Below, piece by piece: positions 21,127 through 31,649 of a DNA stretch of 64,000 bases. A program made the translations under genes and the position numbers. The stretch's first letter is position 1. The number at the start of each line of letters is the position of its first letter. The notes below the pieces were generated by a model, which searched no databases, had not been told where the DNA came from, and was given only the letters and a program-made list of their open reading frames with translations. The stretch is from a virus (taxonomy: Duplodnaviria; Caudoviricetes), in the IMG/VR virus record IMGVR_UViG_3300043078_000170. One strand, 5' to 3'.

Positions 21127-21576
21127 TCATAATTTATAATGAGGCTTTTCTTCTTTAAAAAATCTATAACGTATATAGTCATCTAGTAAAATAGCTATAG
21201 CACTTAGTATGATCCAATAGATAAAACTCTGCAAACATATTTGACCGTTAATATTTAAAAATTTATTTGAATAATCCCAAACATACCAACCTAATTTTAT
21301 ATTAACAATATATCCTGAAATATACTCTAATGTTGTAATAATAATTGCACCTATTATACATTGTGAATGAAAAGTAGGAAACTCCCAATCAAAAAATTCA
21401 TTAATTAAACCAACTAAACAAAAACAAATACCACCTACTATAAACATTGACCAATGTGTGTATCCTCTATACGCTATTTCAATTAAATTATAGATTACTC
21501 CACCTATTGTAAATAATACTAATTCTTTTAAAAAATTTTTTAATATAACTTTCATAAAAATATAACGACCTTTCAT
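21127..21576 (-). CDS. Membrane protein, putative ABC-transporter type IV/CmpB-like family
   Basis: Four TMs; GGVIYNLIE..RGYTHWSM; WDYS....NINGQICL. Confidence 0.7.
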   Translation of the reverse strand: MKGRYIFMKVILKNFLKELVLFTIGGVIYNLIEIAYRGYTHWSMFIVGGICFCLVGLINEFFDWEFPTFHSQCIIGAIIITTLEYISGYIVNIKLGWYVWDYSNKFLNINGQICLQSFIYWIILSAIAILLDDYIRYRFFKEEKPHYKL

Positions 21577-21640
21577 ATAAATATAATAGAACGTTTTAAA
21601 TGATAAAATTTAAATATATATTATAGTTATGTAATAAGAG

Positions 21641-21779
21641 AGATAATGAATCCAATGCTTCTTTTAATTAAGTTTGGAGTTTATATGTTCCCTTAAAAAC
21701 TCTTGGTTGAAATGATATATACCGTATAAGAGTTCAATAAAGGTAAATAGTATAAATAATTATCAATTGGAGGTATATT
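21641..21779 (+). ncRNA. Conserved structured 5' leader RNA, copy 1 (putative)
   Basis: Colinear with 58346..58487; nested stems with one compensatory change; lies between early promoter 21612..21624 and the RBS. Confidence 0.55.
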
Positions 21780-22130
21780 ATGTTTACTACCAACAATTCT
21801 TTCACTAACCTTTCCGATGAAGCACGAGCTAAGATTAGTAAGCTTGGAACTGTCACTATTAACCCTCACAAAATGGGTGTAGGTTATCAAGGCAATTTCA
21901 ATGCTCCTAACGGTTGGCGAATTTCCTTCATCAAGTTTCCTGGTAGTTATGGATCTAAAAACGATCTCTGGGAAGCTGCCATCCTTGATAAGGAAGGGAA
22001 ACTTTGTTATACAACTGATTTGACAAATGATGTCATTGGTTACCTTGACGAAGATTCCTTGTTCCAGCTTTGTGTAATTCTTACTTATCTCATTGATGAG
22101 AATGGTAAGCTTACACATCTTCTGAAGTAA
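21780..22130 (+). CDS. Early hypothetical protein
   Basis: GGAGG RBS; F.APNGW.ISFI...GSYG....LWEAAIL...DVIGYL resembles a common small phage protein family. Confidence 0.7.
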   Translation: MFTTNNSFTNLSDEARAKISKLGTVTINPHKMGVGYQGNFNAPNGWRISFIKFPGSYGSKNDLWEAAILDKEGKLCYTTDLTNDVIGYLDEDSLFQLCVILTYLIDENGKLTHLLK

Positions 22131-22203
22131 TAAGGAAAAGGTTAAAGAAAGAAGGTGATAAATAATGACATATAGAATTTTCTATATGTCATTATTTTTT
22201 TTT

Positions 22204-23022
22204 TTAGTTGTTAGACGAAGCAGTTATTAAATTAATAATTGCTTGATATTCATCTTTAAGTGTCATACCATAATAAACATTATTAACTTCTTCAATATTT
22301 TCCATTTCATCAATCTGATTCTTTAAAAGATTATAATAAGTTGTATGATATGTAATCCAAGCAGTAGCAGTTTGGACTAATGTAATCATTTCTTCTGGTG
22401 TAAATATTTTACATACTTTACCATCAGCATGATAAGGAACGCTTTGACCTAATTGTGCTAATGAATATAATGATGTAAGATTTATTTGGTCAGTTGTATT
22501 TAATCTATAATGTTCATCATTTACATCAATACCATTAGTAATAGTGGTTTGACATATAGCACACATTTCAGTAATTTTTTTATTTTTTTCTTCTAATAAA
22601 GCATCTTCTTCAGAAAGTTCTTCATCACTTTCTAATATATTAATTTTATTTCTAATATCTGTTCTACTAGATAATAATTGTGAAAAATCATAAGGTAAAA
22701 CAGAACCTAACATATAACTTTCAGCACATTTAATTACTTGATAATCAGTATTAGTTAAAGATTGTTTTAAGTTTTCTTTTTCCTTTTCTTTATTTTCTAA
22801 AGCTTCTTCAACTTTTGCTCTTTCTATATAATTATCAAAATTAGTTTCAATATCATTAATTATATTTTCTTTACTAGAAGATATTAAAATTGAATATTCA
22901 TTATAAAGATATAATTCATCATTTTTTTTACTTATATTTTCTCTTAGATATATTTTATATATACTAGGAGTAATTTCTTTATAAGAATATTTTTCTACAA
23001 TTTCTTTAGAATATTTAATCAT
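22204..23022 (-). CDS. Tail-fibre-associated/assembly protein (DUF4376-like C-terminus)
   Basis: LTNTDYQVIKCAE; HYRLNTTDQINL..YHADG..C; located at the end of the fibre operon. Confidence 0.6.
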   Translation of the reverse strand: MIKYSKEIVEKYSYKEITPSIYKIYLRENISKKNDELYLYNEYSILISSSKENIINDIETNFDNYIERAKVEEALENKEKEKENLKQSLTNTDYQVIKCAESYMLGSVLPYDFSQLLSSRTDIRNKINILESDEELSEEDALLEEKNKKITEMCAICQTTITNGIDVNDEHYRLNTTDQINLTSLYSLAQLGQSVPYHADGKVCKIFTPEEMITLVQTATAWITYHTTYYNLLKNQIDEMENIEEVNNVYYGMTLKDEYQAIINLITASSNN

Positions 23023-23044
23023 AATTCAAATTCTCCTTTCTATA

Positions 23045-24568
23045 TTAATAACAAATACATTCAATATCAATATAAGTAAAACAACTATTTGCTTTTTTTG
23101 AAGTACCAGTAGCATATACTAAATAATTTCCATTAGGAATACTTGAAGCAGCACTATAATTATCTGTACCAGAAGCTGAACCAGCGCAGTAAATACTTAA
23201 TTGACCTACAAAATCTGAATTTGCTATTTTTTGAATAGCTTGTTCAATATTTTCAGCATCATTATCTCCAGTAACTTCTATTAAATTAAAATTAATAGTA
23301 GTATTCATCCAAGAGCTTTCTCCATATTTTAATCTTAAAATACCTTTTCCAGTAGTAATTTCAATAGGTGTAACAAATAATATAGAACCTTCATTAGAAG
23401 TACTAGTCCAGTTATCCATACAAATACCATTATATGTATTTTTACTTGCAACAAAGTTAGCATTTGAGTCTGCAGATGTGCCACCATTTAAATCATTTAA
23501 TTCTTTGAGAGAAGTAAAACTTGCACCATCATCTTCGCTGATATATACTAAATCACCATAAGTAGAAATTATACTATCGGCATCAGTAATACTAGTACAA
23601 TCTAATAATAAATAATCTCCAGCTTCTTCAGTAGTACCACCATCATATGTACCAACTATGCCAAATAATTTAGTGCCACTTTTAATATTTTCAGCTACTA
23701 AATTTTCATCACCTTTAATTATTTGATCACCACTTAAATACTTTCCTGAAGTAATAACAATATCTTCAACAGTTGGTGTATAAGTTGTAGTATCTAAACT
23801 TTCAATTGTACCTACAATCTTTTCACCATTAACATAAGCAGTTTTATCTAAAAGTATATCATTTTCAGTGGCATCAGCATCTGAAGTATCTATACCCCCT
23901 TCAGTATTTCCTTCTTCAGCTTTATAAGTACCTTCAACATTAAAAATAGTGACACCTTCTTTAATGTTTTCAGCAATTAAGTTTTCATCTCCAGGAAGAC
24001 TTATACCACTATAAAATCCTGCTTGTAGATAATGATCTGAAGTATCTGGAGTATATACAAATTCTTGATTGAGTGTATAAGCACTACCAATTACTTTTTC
24101 ACCATTTATATAAGCTACTAAATTCTTCTTAATATCATCTGAAGTTACTGCAGTTTCTCCATCTTCAATATTAGTAAATGTGCCATCAACATTAAAAATA
24201 GTTACACCGCTTTTAATATTTTCAGCTAATAAATTAGAATCTCCTAAGATTGTTTGATCTTCTGAAATATATTTACCAGAATTTATAGTTATATTTTCAG
24301 TAGTTGGTATATAAGTATTTTCGGTTAAAGAAGGAATACTACCAATTACTTTTTCACCATTAGAATAAGCTATTTTATTTTCAAGAATATCTTCACTAGT
24401 TACATCTGCATCAGAAGTATCTATGCCAGTTTCAATATCTAATACTTTTTCAACTAAAGTATTGAATTTTTCATCTTCAGAACTTTCAACACCTTTTGTA
24501 TTTAAATTATCTGAAAGTGTTTTTTTCTGTAATATTAAAGCATTTAATTTTTCAGCAATTGTACTCAT
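23045..24568 (-). CDS. Repeat-containing tail fibre/appendage protein
   Basis: Three repeats of TSDADAT..DI.....AY.NGEK.VG...GDENL.AENIK.G.TIF.V.GT. Confidence 0.6.
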   Translation of the reverse strand: MSTIAEKLNALILQKKTLSDNLNTKGVESSEDEKFNTLVEKVLDIETGIDTSDADVTSEDILENKIAYSNGEKVIGSIPSLTENTYIPTTENITINSGKYISEDQTILGDSNLLAENIKSGVTIFNVDGTFTNIEDGETAVTSDDIKKNLVAYINGEKVIGSAYTLNQEFVYTPDTSDHYLQAGFYSGISLPGDENLIAENIKEGVTIFNVEGTYKAEEGNTEGGIDTSDADATENDILLDKTAYVNGEKIVGTIESLDTTTYTPTVEDIVITSGKYLSGDQIIKGDENLVAENIKSGTKLFGIVGTYDGGTTEEAGDYLLLDCTSITDADSIISTYGDLVYISEDDGASFTSLKELNDLNGGTSADSNANFVASKNTYNGICMDNWTSTSNEGSILFVTPIEITTGKGILRLKYGESSWMNTTINFNLIEVTGDNDAENIEQAIQKIANSDFVGQLSIYCAGSASGTDNYSAASSIPNGNYLVYATGTSKKANSCFTYIDIECICY

Positions 24569-24574
24569 ATTACA

Positions 24575-26947
24575 TTACACCTCCACTAATGAATCAAGAA
24601 TAGTATTAATATCACCAACTAAATCATCAATATAACTCTTAATTACTTTATTCTGTACGGCATTTTCACTAGCATCACTCATTTCAGTATCAACTAAAAT
24701 AGTAGACTCACTTCCAGTACCATCTTTACCATTAGTAACAGTAAACTCAAATGTATTACCATCTGTTAATAATATTTGGTATGTATCTACTGCACCTGCA
24801 ATACCTGCACTATCGCCTTGTGTACTTGATATAAAAGTTACTGATTCAATATTATTACCATCATCACCCTTATCACCTTGTTTACCATCTTCACCAACTA
24901 CTTCACCAACGTCTAAAGTAGTTTCATCACTAAATGTTAATATTAGATGACCTGTTGAAGAATCTATAATAGCTTCTGTAATAGATTTACCATCAGTACC
25001 AGTTTCACCTGCTTCACCTTGAATACCTTGCTCACCAGTTTCACCCTTATCACCTTTTTCACCTTTAAGAGTTTCTAAAGCAATAAGATTAGTCCATTCA
25101 GAACTTGAAGACTTTTTCCATTGAATGTAATCATCAGTTATTTGTAATTCAATGCTATCACCATCGATACCATTATTACCATCATTTCCGTCTTCACCAA
25201 CTACTTTACCAACATCTAAAGTAGTTTCATCACTAAAAGTTAATATTAGATGACCTGTTGAATCTATTTTAGTAGATGTAATAGAGTTACCATCATCACC
25301 CTTGTCACCTTTTTCACCTTGTTCACCCTGTATTCCTGCTTCACCTTGAATACCTTGTTCACCAGTTTCACCCTTGTCACCTTTTTCTCCTTTAAGAGTT
25401 TCTAAAGCAATAAGATTAGTCCAACTAGAGCTTGAAGAATTCTTCCACTGAATGTAATCATCATTAACTCTTAATTCAGTACTATCGCCATCTTTACCAT
25501 TATGAATAGATATTAATATTGAATCTACATCATTATTAAAATTAATCCAATAATAATCATAAGAATCAGAAGTACCTTTTTCAGTTCCATCACCACTAGT
25601 AGCATCAGCTTCCATAGATGTAAATGTATAAGAAATATCAGTAATACTTGTTCCTCTTACCATACCAACATCCATATTTGAACCATCACTAAATCTTAAA
25701 ACTAATCCACCAAGTGTACTAATTTCAGCAGAATAAATATATCTACCTTCTACACCTTGTTCACCTTTTACATTACCAAGATTAGTGGTTGTATTATCAC
25801 TAAAAGTTAATATTAATTCATTATCAACGATTTCAGCTTTAGTAATACTTATACCATCAGTACCATCTTCGCCCTTTTCACCTTGAATACCTTGTTCACC
25901 AGTTTCGCCTTTATCACCCTTTGGACCTTGAATGCTACCAACATTATTAAATCCTTTAGTATGTGAATCATCTTCAAGATCTGTTCCAGTATATACCCAA
26001 AGCTCACCAAGAATTAAATAACCATCACCGTTAGTATTACCTGATGAAGGTAAGTCTTTAGTACTAGATAAACTATCAATAATATTTACAGATGTACCAT
26101 CTGCACCACGAATATTTTCTAAATTAAATAAATCATTCCAATTAGAACTATCTTCATAGCTATATTGAAGCATATTATTTTCATCAACTCTTAATAATAC
26201 TTCACTACCTTTATCACCTTTTGGAATTTTTAAATTTAATGTATAAGTTGTTAAATCATCTGAGATATCTTCATCTAAATATGCAGAAGCTTCTGAATTA
26301 CTATCTAAAGTAGTAACTTTAACTAATGAATTAAATTTAATATCACTACTTGCAACACCAGAACCTTCGCTACCACCAAGCATTTCCCATTCTAATTCAT
26401 ATAAACCAGTTGAATTATTATATTCAATAGATGTTAAAATATATTCATAATAAGAATTATTTGCATTATTAAATACTTTACCATCTTTATTACTAATTGA
26501 ATTTTCACTATTAGGTTTTGAGATTAAATAAATAATATTAGTTAAAATCTTACCCATTCCTGTATAGTAATTATATTGTGTGGAATTAAGAGTAGATGGG
26601 AGTTTATAACTCCCATCACTTTGTAACATTAATTCCATTAAATCTTCATCATCTTCAATAAATATACAAGGAGGTAATTCAATTAGTTTATTTGCATGAC
26701 CAAATTCATCATAACTTGTTTTGTATAGTAATGGTTCTTTATTATAAACATCAATTCTTTCAAAGCTAGGTGTATCTATATCAAATAAATTAGAGTGTTT
26801 AAAAAAGTTTAAGAATCTAATATGATCTCTTTTAAGACCATTAAAATCTAAGAAGAAATACTTATTAATACTGTCTATAGGAGACACTCCGTCATCAGCA
26901 GTCATAGGTACTTCATCATCCATTAATTTACTTGTATCAGTAGCCAT
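24575..26947 (-). CDS. Collagen-like tail fibre protein
   Basis: Multiple GEKGDKGETGEQGIQGE triplet runs interspersed with GHLILTFSD and IQWK..S.W..L modules. Confidence 0.75.
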   Translation of the reverse strand: MATDTSKLMDDEVPMTADDGVSPIDSINKYFFLDFNGLKRDHIRFLNFFKHSNLFDIDTPSFERIDVYNKEPLLYKTSYDEFGHANKLIELPPCIFIEDDEDLMELMLQSDGSYKLPSTLNSTQYNYYTGMGKILTNIIYLISKPNSENSISNKDGKVFNNANNSYYEYILTSIEYNNSTGLYELEWEMLGGSEGSGVASSDIKFNSLVKVTTLDSNSEASAYLDEDISDDLTTYTLNLKIPKGDKGSEVLLRVDENNMLQYSYEDSSNWNDLFNLENIRGADGTSVNIIDSLSSTKDLPSSGNTNGDGYLILGELWVYTGTDLEDDSHTKGFNNVGSIQGPKGDKGETGEQGIQGEKGEDGTDGISITKAEIVDNELILTFSDNTTTNLGNVKGEQGVEGRYIYSAEISTLGGLVLRFSDGSNMDVGMVRGTSITDISYTFTSMEADATSGDGTEKGTSDSYDYYWINFNNDVDSILISIHNGKDGDSTELRVNDDYIQWKNSSSSSWTNLIALETLKGEKGDKGETGEQGIQGEAGIQGEQGEKGDKGDDGNSITSTKIDSTGHLILTFSDETTLDVGKVVGEDGNDGNNGIDGDSIELQITDDYIQWKKSSSSEWTNLIALETLKGEKGDKGETGEQGIQGEAGETGTDGKSITEAIIDSSTGHLILTFSDETTLDVGEVVGEDGKQGDKGDDGNNIESVTFISSTQGDSAGIAGAVDTYQILLTDGNTFEFTVTNGKDGTGSESTILVDTEMSDASENAVQNKVIKSYIDDLVGDINTILDSLVEV

Positions 26948-26970
26948 AACAAATTTCTCCTTTCTAAATA

Positions 26971-29900
26971 TTATTCAAAGCTAGGATCAACTGTATTGAG
27001 TGTTACATTTAATACTGCTGTTTCGCTAGCCTGAGTATGATCTGTATCATTATAGTTATAACCAATAGTATCTTGACTATAGAAATACATACCACCACTA
27101 CCAACTACTCTGGTATCATGGTATAAAGCTGTATAACCTAAGAAAGCACTATCAGTGTAATAAGTTGTAGGAGATAAATATTGAACAGCACTTAAGTTAG
27201 ATCTTTCAAAAGCACCTTTACCTACAAACAAATTAGAAGATTTTCTTGTATCTACGTGAGCAATTTGACCTGCTCCATAGAAAGCATAGTTTGAAATCTT
27301 TTTTAATCCAGCAGGAGTTGTTAAATAGTTTGTTGTAGTACCAGAGTCTGTAATCATTCTCATATTAGTAGTACAAGCACAAGCATATTCACCAATATAC
27401 TTAATATTAGATGATTCAAAGCCTACTTGAACAGCAGTTTTACCATCTGCACTTAACTTTTCAAATACCATTGTTTGGTTAGCTGAACTATAGAAAGCAT
27501 AATCACCAATAGTTTCGATTCCTTCTGGAATATGATATTTAGGAATATTTGATGTATTAATTAAAACTCTTGTTAATTTAGTGACAGTATCTGCAATATA
27601 TAAACTATATACTTGAGGTCCTGTTAAGACTGTTTGAGTTATTTCAATATTATTACCGTCATAGCTAAAGGAACTTGTATCAAAATTATAAACTGAAGTA
27701 TTTCCTTCACTATCAATTTGATAATAAGTTTTATTTTCATAATAAGTACCATCTAATTCAGTTACAGTATAAACTTTATCACCTATTTTATATTTTGGCG
27801 CAATATTTAAATAAACATCACCGCTACCAATATACTTAACTAAAATTAAATTACTTCCTTCAATTCTATAGACGAAGTTTGAAAGTGGTGTAATATCACC
27901 AAAGTCTTTTTGATAATCTGAAATATCTGTAGTATCATCCCAATCATCATATACGGTATAAGTTTCATTAATATCCCAAACGTAATCTATCATTTTTTCT
28001 GAAATTCTATATAACTGAGGTGCTAATAATTCCCAAGATTTTGCTCCAGTTTCTTCATCTACAATAACTATCCATTCTTCATAATAATTCTTATTATTTA
28101 TTGAACTTTTATCTAATAAACCTATATTTAGACCTCTTTCATAACTAGGAGTTAATAAACAATAAATGAAGTTAGTTGAAGCAGTTTCAATATCAGGAAG
28201 TTCATCACAAACTACTAGAATATTTCCAGAAGCTTCTGTTGTTTCAATTTTTTCCCAAATAATATTACCAGATTCATCTTTGGATAATATAATATATTTA
28301 TCATAATTATTTTCTTTAGAAACTATTTCTTCATTATCTTCTTTTAATACTAAATAAATATGATTTGTATCATATTCATCGTTACTATCAGTTTCTGGTA
28401 AAGATTCTATAATCTTATAAAGTTCATTAATACCACCTTTAAGATTTGGTGTAGTAAATTCTACAGTATCTTCACCATTAGTATAAGATATATCTAATTT
28501 ATAAGTAAAATCATCATTATCTTTATTTTCAATAATGCTTACAGAAGCATCTTTACCATCTTGTCCATCTTTTCCGTCTATACCATCAGAACCATCTTCG
28601 CCCTTTTCGCCTTGAATACCTTGTTCACCAGTTTCACCTTTATCACCCTGTTCACCTTTTTCTCCCTTTGGTATACTAAATGAAAAATCATAAACATTCT
28701 TTTCATCAGTACTTAAGGAGCTATTTATTGTAACAGTGACAATTGGATCTTCAGTTGATTCAATAGAAGTAGTAGTAACTTTACCAACTTCAATATCTTT
28801 ACCATTTTTACCAGCAGCACCAGTAATTTGATCTATAGTTAAAAGATCTTTCCATTCTGATTCATCGGTATATTTCCATTGAATTGAATTATCACTTACA
28901 GTTAATTCAATCTCTCTACCATCAGAACCATCTTCGCCCTTTTCGCCTTGAATACCTTGTTCACCAGTTTCACCTTTATCACCCTGTTCACCTTTTTCTC
29001 CTTTAAGGATATTAAAAGTAAAATCATAAACATTCTTTTCATCAGTACTTAAAGAGTTATTTAATGAAGTAATAATAGAAACATCTTTTTCATCAGTAAC
29101 TATATTAGTTGTAACATTTCCTATTTCAATATTTTTACCATCAATACCATTCTTACCATCTTCACCATCTGAGCCAGTAATAGTAGAAATCTCTAATAAG
29201 TCTTTCCATTCTGAATCAGTTACATATTTCCATTGAATAGTACTTTCAGTTGATCTTAATTCAATTTCTTTACCATCAGTACCATTAGCAATATCAAATG
29301 AAACTTCATTACCATCACTAAATATAAATTTATAAGTATCTGTAGCTCCTGCAATTCCAGAAGTATTTCCTAAAGAACTCTTAACAAATTCAATACTTTT
29401 TAAAGAAACACCTTGTTCTCCTGTTTCTCCTTTATCTCCTTTATCGCCTTGTTCTCCTTTAAGTGAATTAATGAAGTCTTCTTCAGTACCTTCATTACCT
29501 AAGCTTAACCAAATTTGATAAGCTGATAAACCATCAGAACCTGAAATAGCATTAATAGAAACTAATGATGTCCATGTTTTATCCCCAACATATTGCCATT
29601 CAATATAGCTAGAATTTTCATTATATCTTAATGTAATATTTTTACCATTAGTAATAACATAAGTATCATCACCAATAGTTAATTTAAATCCATTATCAAT
29701 AGTTTCTTGGGTAATCTTTGGAATAGTACATAATAAATTCCAAGATTCTCCATAAGGATAAGTCTTATTATCTTCACTATCTTTAATAAAATATCTATAT
29801 TGAATTTCTTGATTACTATATCTTATTTCAATAGATTGACCATCTTCGCCTTTGTTACCTTGAGATCCTATTAAATTATCTGTATAAACAATACCAGTAC

Positions 29901-31536
29901 TATCAGTAATCTTTAATATTGTAGAGTCATCTGATTTAATTACTTCAACTTCTGGACTAATACCAGCAGCACCAGTAATTTCAACAATATCTATTAAATC
30001 CTCATAAGTAGAAACTTCATTATTATTTTTATCTACATAACAATATTGAATCCAAGTAGTACCATCGTCTTTTTTACTAATTCTAAATTTAACCTGATAG
30101 CCATCATCACCCTTATCACCTTTGTCACCATCACTACCAGTTGGTCCTTTGATTTTACCTACATCTAAGAATCCCATATAATGCTTACTATCATTTATAC
30201 TTGTATCACCAGTATATATCCAAAGATGACCATCGTCTGTATCATTTTCATTATCAACGATATAACCGTCACCTTCATTAGCAGTAGTAGCATAAGCCAT
30301 TAAATCAGTATAAGTATCTATAGAACCTTTAATATTAATAGAAGAACCATCTTCACCTTTTAAATTAGGAGAATTAATTTCTATACGATCACCTTTATTA
30401 GTATAAGCAACAAACTGTACTTTAAAAGTGCTTTCAGTATTAGATACAATATTAATTTCAGGGGAGAAGGGTAATCTAAATTCAATGGGTGTATCAATTA
30501 ATGTTTTACCATTGAAGAATTCAATATGTAATATTTGTCTTTGATCATCATCATTGGTTGATGGATTGATAATTTTATACTTAAGAGTTATATCAGGTGT
30601 TGAACCATCATCACCAACAATTTGTCCAACATTAGACCAACTTGTATAAAAGAACCAAAGATCTTTTCCTACAATATATGCATCACCTTTAGAAGCATTT
30701 GAAGGTAAATCACTTTTATTCTGTAAAGTTCCTTTAATATTTACAGAAGAACCATCTTTACCACGAACATTACCTAAATTACTTTCAGTACCATCATTAT
30801 AAGTAATTATTAAATATTCCTTAGAACCATCACTATTTTCTTTAAGTTCTATTGATTTAATTCCATAAGGTCCTACTGTATATGTATCACCAGTATTTAA
30901 AGTAAAAACTAAATAACCAGTTTTATTATTATCATCATCTAATTGATCTTCAATATTTACTACATAAGGACCTATTAAATTCTCAGTAGTTAAAATTTTC
31001 TTTAAATGTGTTAATTCATCACAATATTGAATATCTAATTTGTAAATTAAATTAGATAATGTTTCCATATCATTATCACTATTTTCAGAAATTTGAGGGC
31101 AATATCCTGGATCACCAATAACATAACCAACATTGGTATCTTGATCATCTGCAAATACTATGTGTAAATAACCAGCATCATCAATATAAGCTTTTTTGAT
31201 CATTGTATTAGTATTACCTTTAAGAACATATTGTTCATATTCACCAACAAAATACCCTGAGATTTCCATATTCTTGTCAACATTATTAACACTAGAAGCT
31301 CTTACAATGCTGCCTGTTCTACCAATTCTATAACCAGATTCAACAGATAATACTTTGTAATAATCATCTTCAAATTGAGAATAGAAAATCATACCTACAT
31401 ATGGATAATTAATATTTTCATCTAACTCATTTAAAGAAGGAGTTATTTGTCTAGAATCCAAAGGTATATTATTCCACATTTTAATTGGTTTATTTAAAGA
31501 TATTTCATTATCACTCATACCTCTCATACTTATCAT
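26971..31536 (-). CDS. Large collagen-like fibre protein with C-terminal BspA/LRR_5-like region
   Basis: G-X-Y runs; C-terminal IPEGIETIGDYAFY, IKYIGEYA, LKKISNYAFY repeats; late promoter at 31554..31565. Confidence 0.75.
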   Translation of the reverse strand: MISMRGMSDNEISLNKPIKMWNNIPLDSRQITPSLNELDENINYPYVGMIFYSQFEDDYYKVLSVESGYRIGRTGSIVRASSVNNVDKNMEISGYFVGEYEQYVLKGNTNTMIKKAYIDDAGYLHIVFADDQDTNVGYVIGDPGYCPQISENSDNDMETLSNLIYKLDIQYCDELTHLKKILTTENLIGPYVVNIEDQLDDDNNKTGYLVFTLNTGDTYTVGPYGIKSIELKENSDGSKEYLIITYNDGTESNLGNVRGKDGSSVNIKGTLQNKSDLPSNASKGDAYIVGKDLWFFYTSWSNVGQIVGDDGSTPDITLKYKIINPSTNDDDQRQILHIEFFNGKTLIDTPIEFRLPFSPEINIVSNTESTFKVQFVAYTNKGDRIEINSPNLKGEDGSSINIKGSIDTYTDLMAYATTANEGDGYIVDNENDTDDGHLWIYTGDTSINDSKHYMGFLDVGKIKGPTGSDGDKGDKGDDGYQVKFRISKKDDGTTWIQYCYVDKNNNEVSTYEDLIDIVEITGAAGISPEVEVIKSDDSTILKITDSTGIVYTDNLIGSQGNKGEDGQSIEIRYSNQEIQYRYFIKDSEDNKTYPYGESWNLLCTIPKITQETIDNGFKLTIGDDTYVITNGKNITLRYNENSSYIEWQYVGDKTWTSLVSINAISGSDGLSAYQIWLSLGNEGTEEDFINSLKGEQGDKGDKGETGEQGVSLKSIEFVKSSLGNTSGIAGATDTYKFIFSDGNEVSFDIANGTDGKEIELRSTESTIQWKYVTDSEWKDLLEISTITGSDGEDGKNGIDGKNIEIGNVTTNIVTDEKDVSIITSLNNSLSTDEKNVYDFTFNILKGEKGEQGDKGETGEQGIQGEKGEDGSDGREIELTVSDNSIQWKYTDESEWKDLLTIDQITGAAGKNGKDIEVGKVTTTSIESTEDPIVTVTINSSLSTDEKNVYDFSFSIPKGEKGEQGDKGETGEQGIQGEKGEDGSDGIDGKDGQDGKDASVSIIENKDNDDFTYKLDISYTNGEDTVEFTTPNLKGGINELYKIIESLPETDSNDEYDTNHIYLVLKEDNEEIVSKENNYDKYIILSKDESGNIIWEKIETTEASGNILVVCDELPDIETASTNFIYCLLTPSYERGLNIGLLDKSSINNKNYYEEWIVIVDEETGAKSWELLAPQLYRISEKMIDYVWDINETYTVYDDWDDTTDISDYQKDFGDITPLSNFVYRIEGSNLILVKYIGSGDVYLNIAPKYKIGDKVYTVTELDGTYYENKTYYQIDSEGNTSVYNFDTSSFSYDGNNIEITQTVLTGPQVYSLYIADTVTKLTRVLINTSNIPKYHIPEGIETIGDYAFYSSANQTMVFEKLSADGKTAVQVGFESSNIKYIGEYACACTTNMRMITDSGTTTNYLTTPAGLKKISNYAFYGAGQIAHVDTRKSSNLFVGKGAFERSNLSAVQYLSPTTYYTDSAFLGYTALYHDTRVVGSGGMYFYSQDTIGYNYNDTDHTQASETAVLNVTLNTVDPSFE
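28581..29252. repeat. 336-bp tandem duplication in fibre gene
   Basis: 28581..28665 is identical to 28917..29001 (offset 336); weaker similarity continues (SLSTDEKNVYDF twice). Confidence 0.8.
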
Positions 31537-31649
31537 TCCTTTCTATAATTTAATAAGTGATTGTTTGGGGTAATAATTCTTATTAGACTAAAGAAAAAAT
31601 AACCCTTAAGGATTTTACTCCTTAAGGGTTTTTCGAAAACAAAAATAAA

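Noticed and set aside
24575-31536. Diversity-generating retroelement TR/VR pair or CRISPR-like array in the fibre repeats
   Set aside because: Repeats are in-frame collagen codons, with no adenine-specific mismatches, no spacers and no reverse transcriptase in the window.
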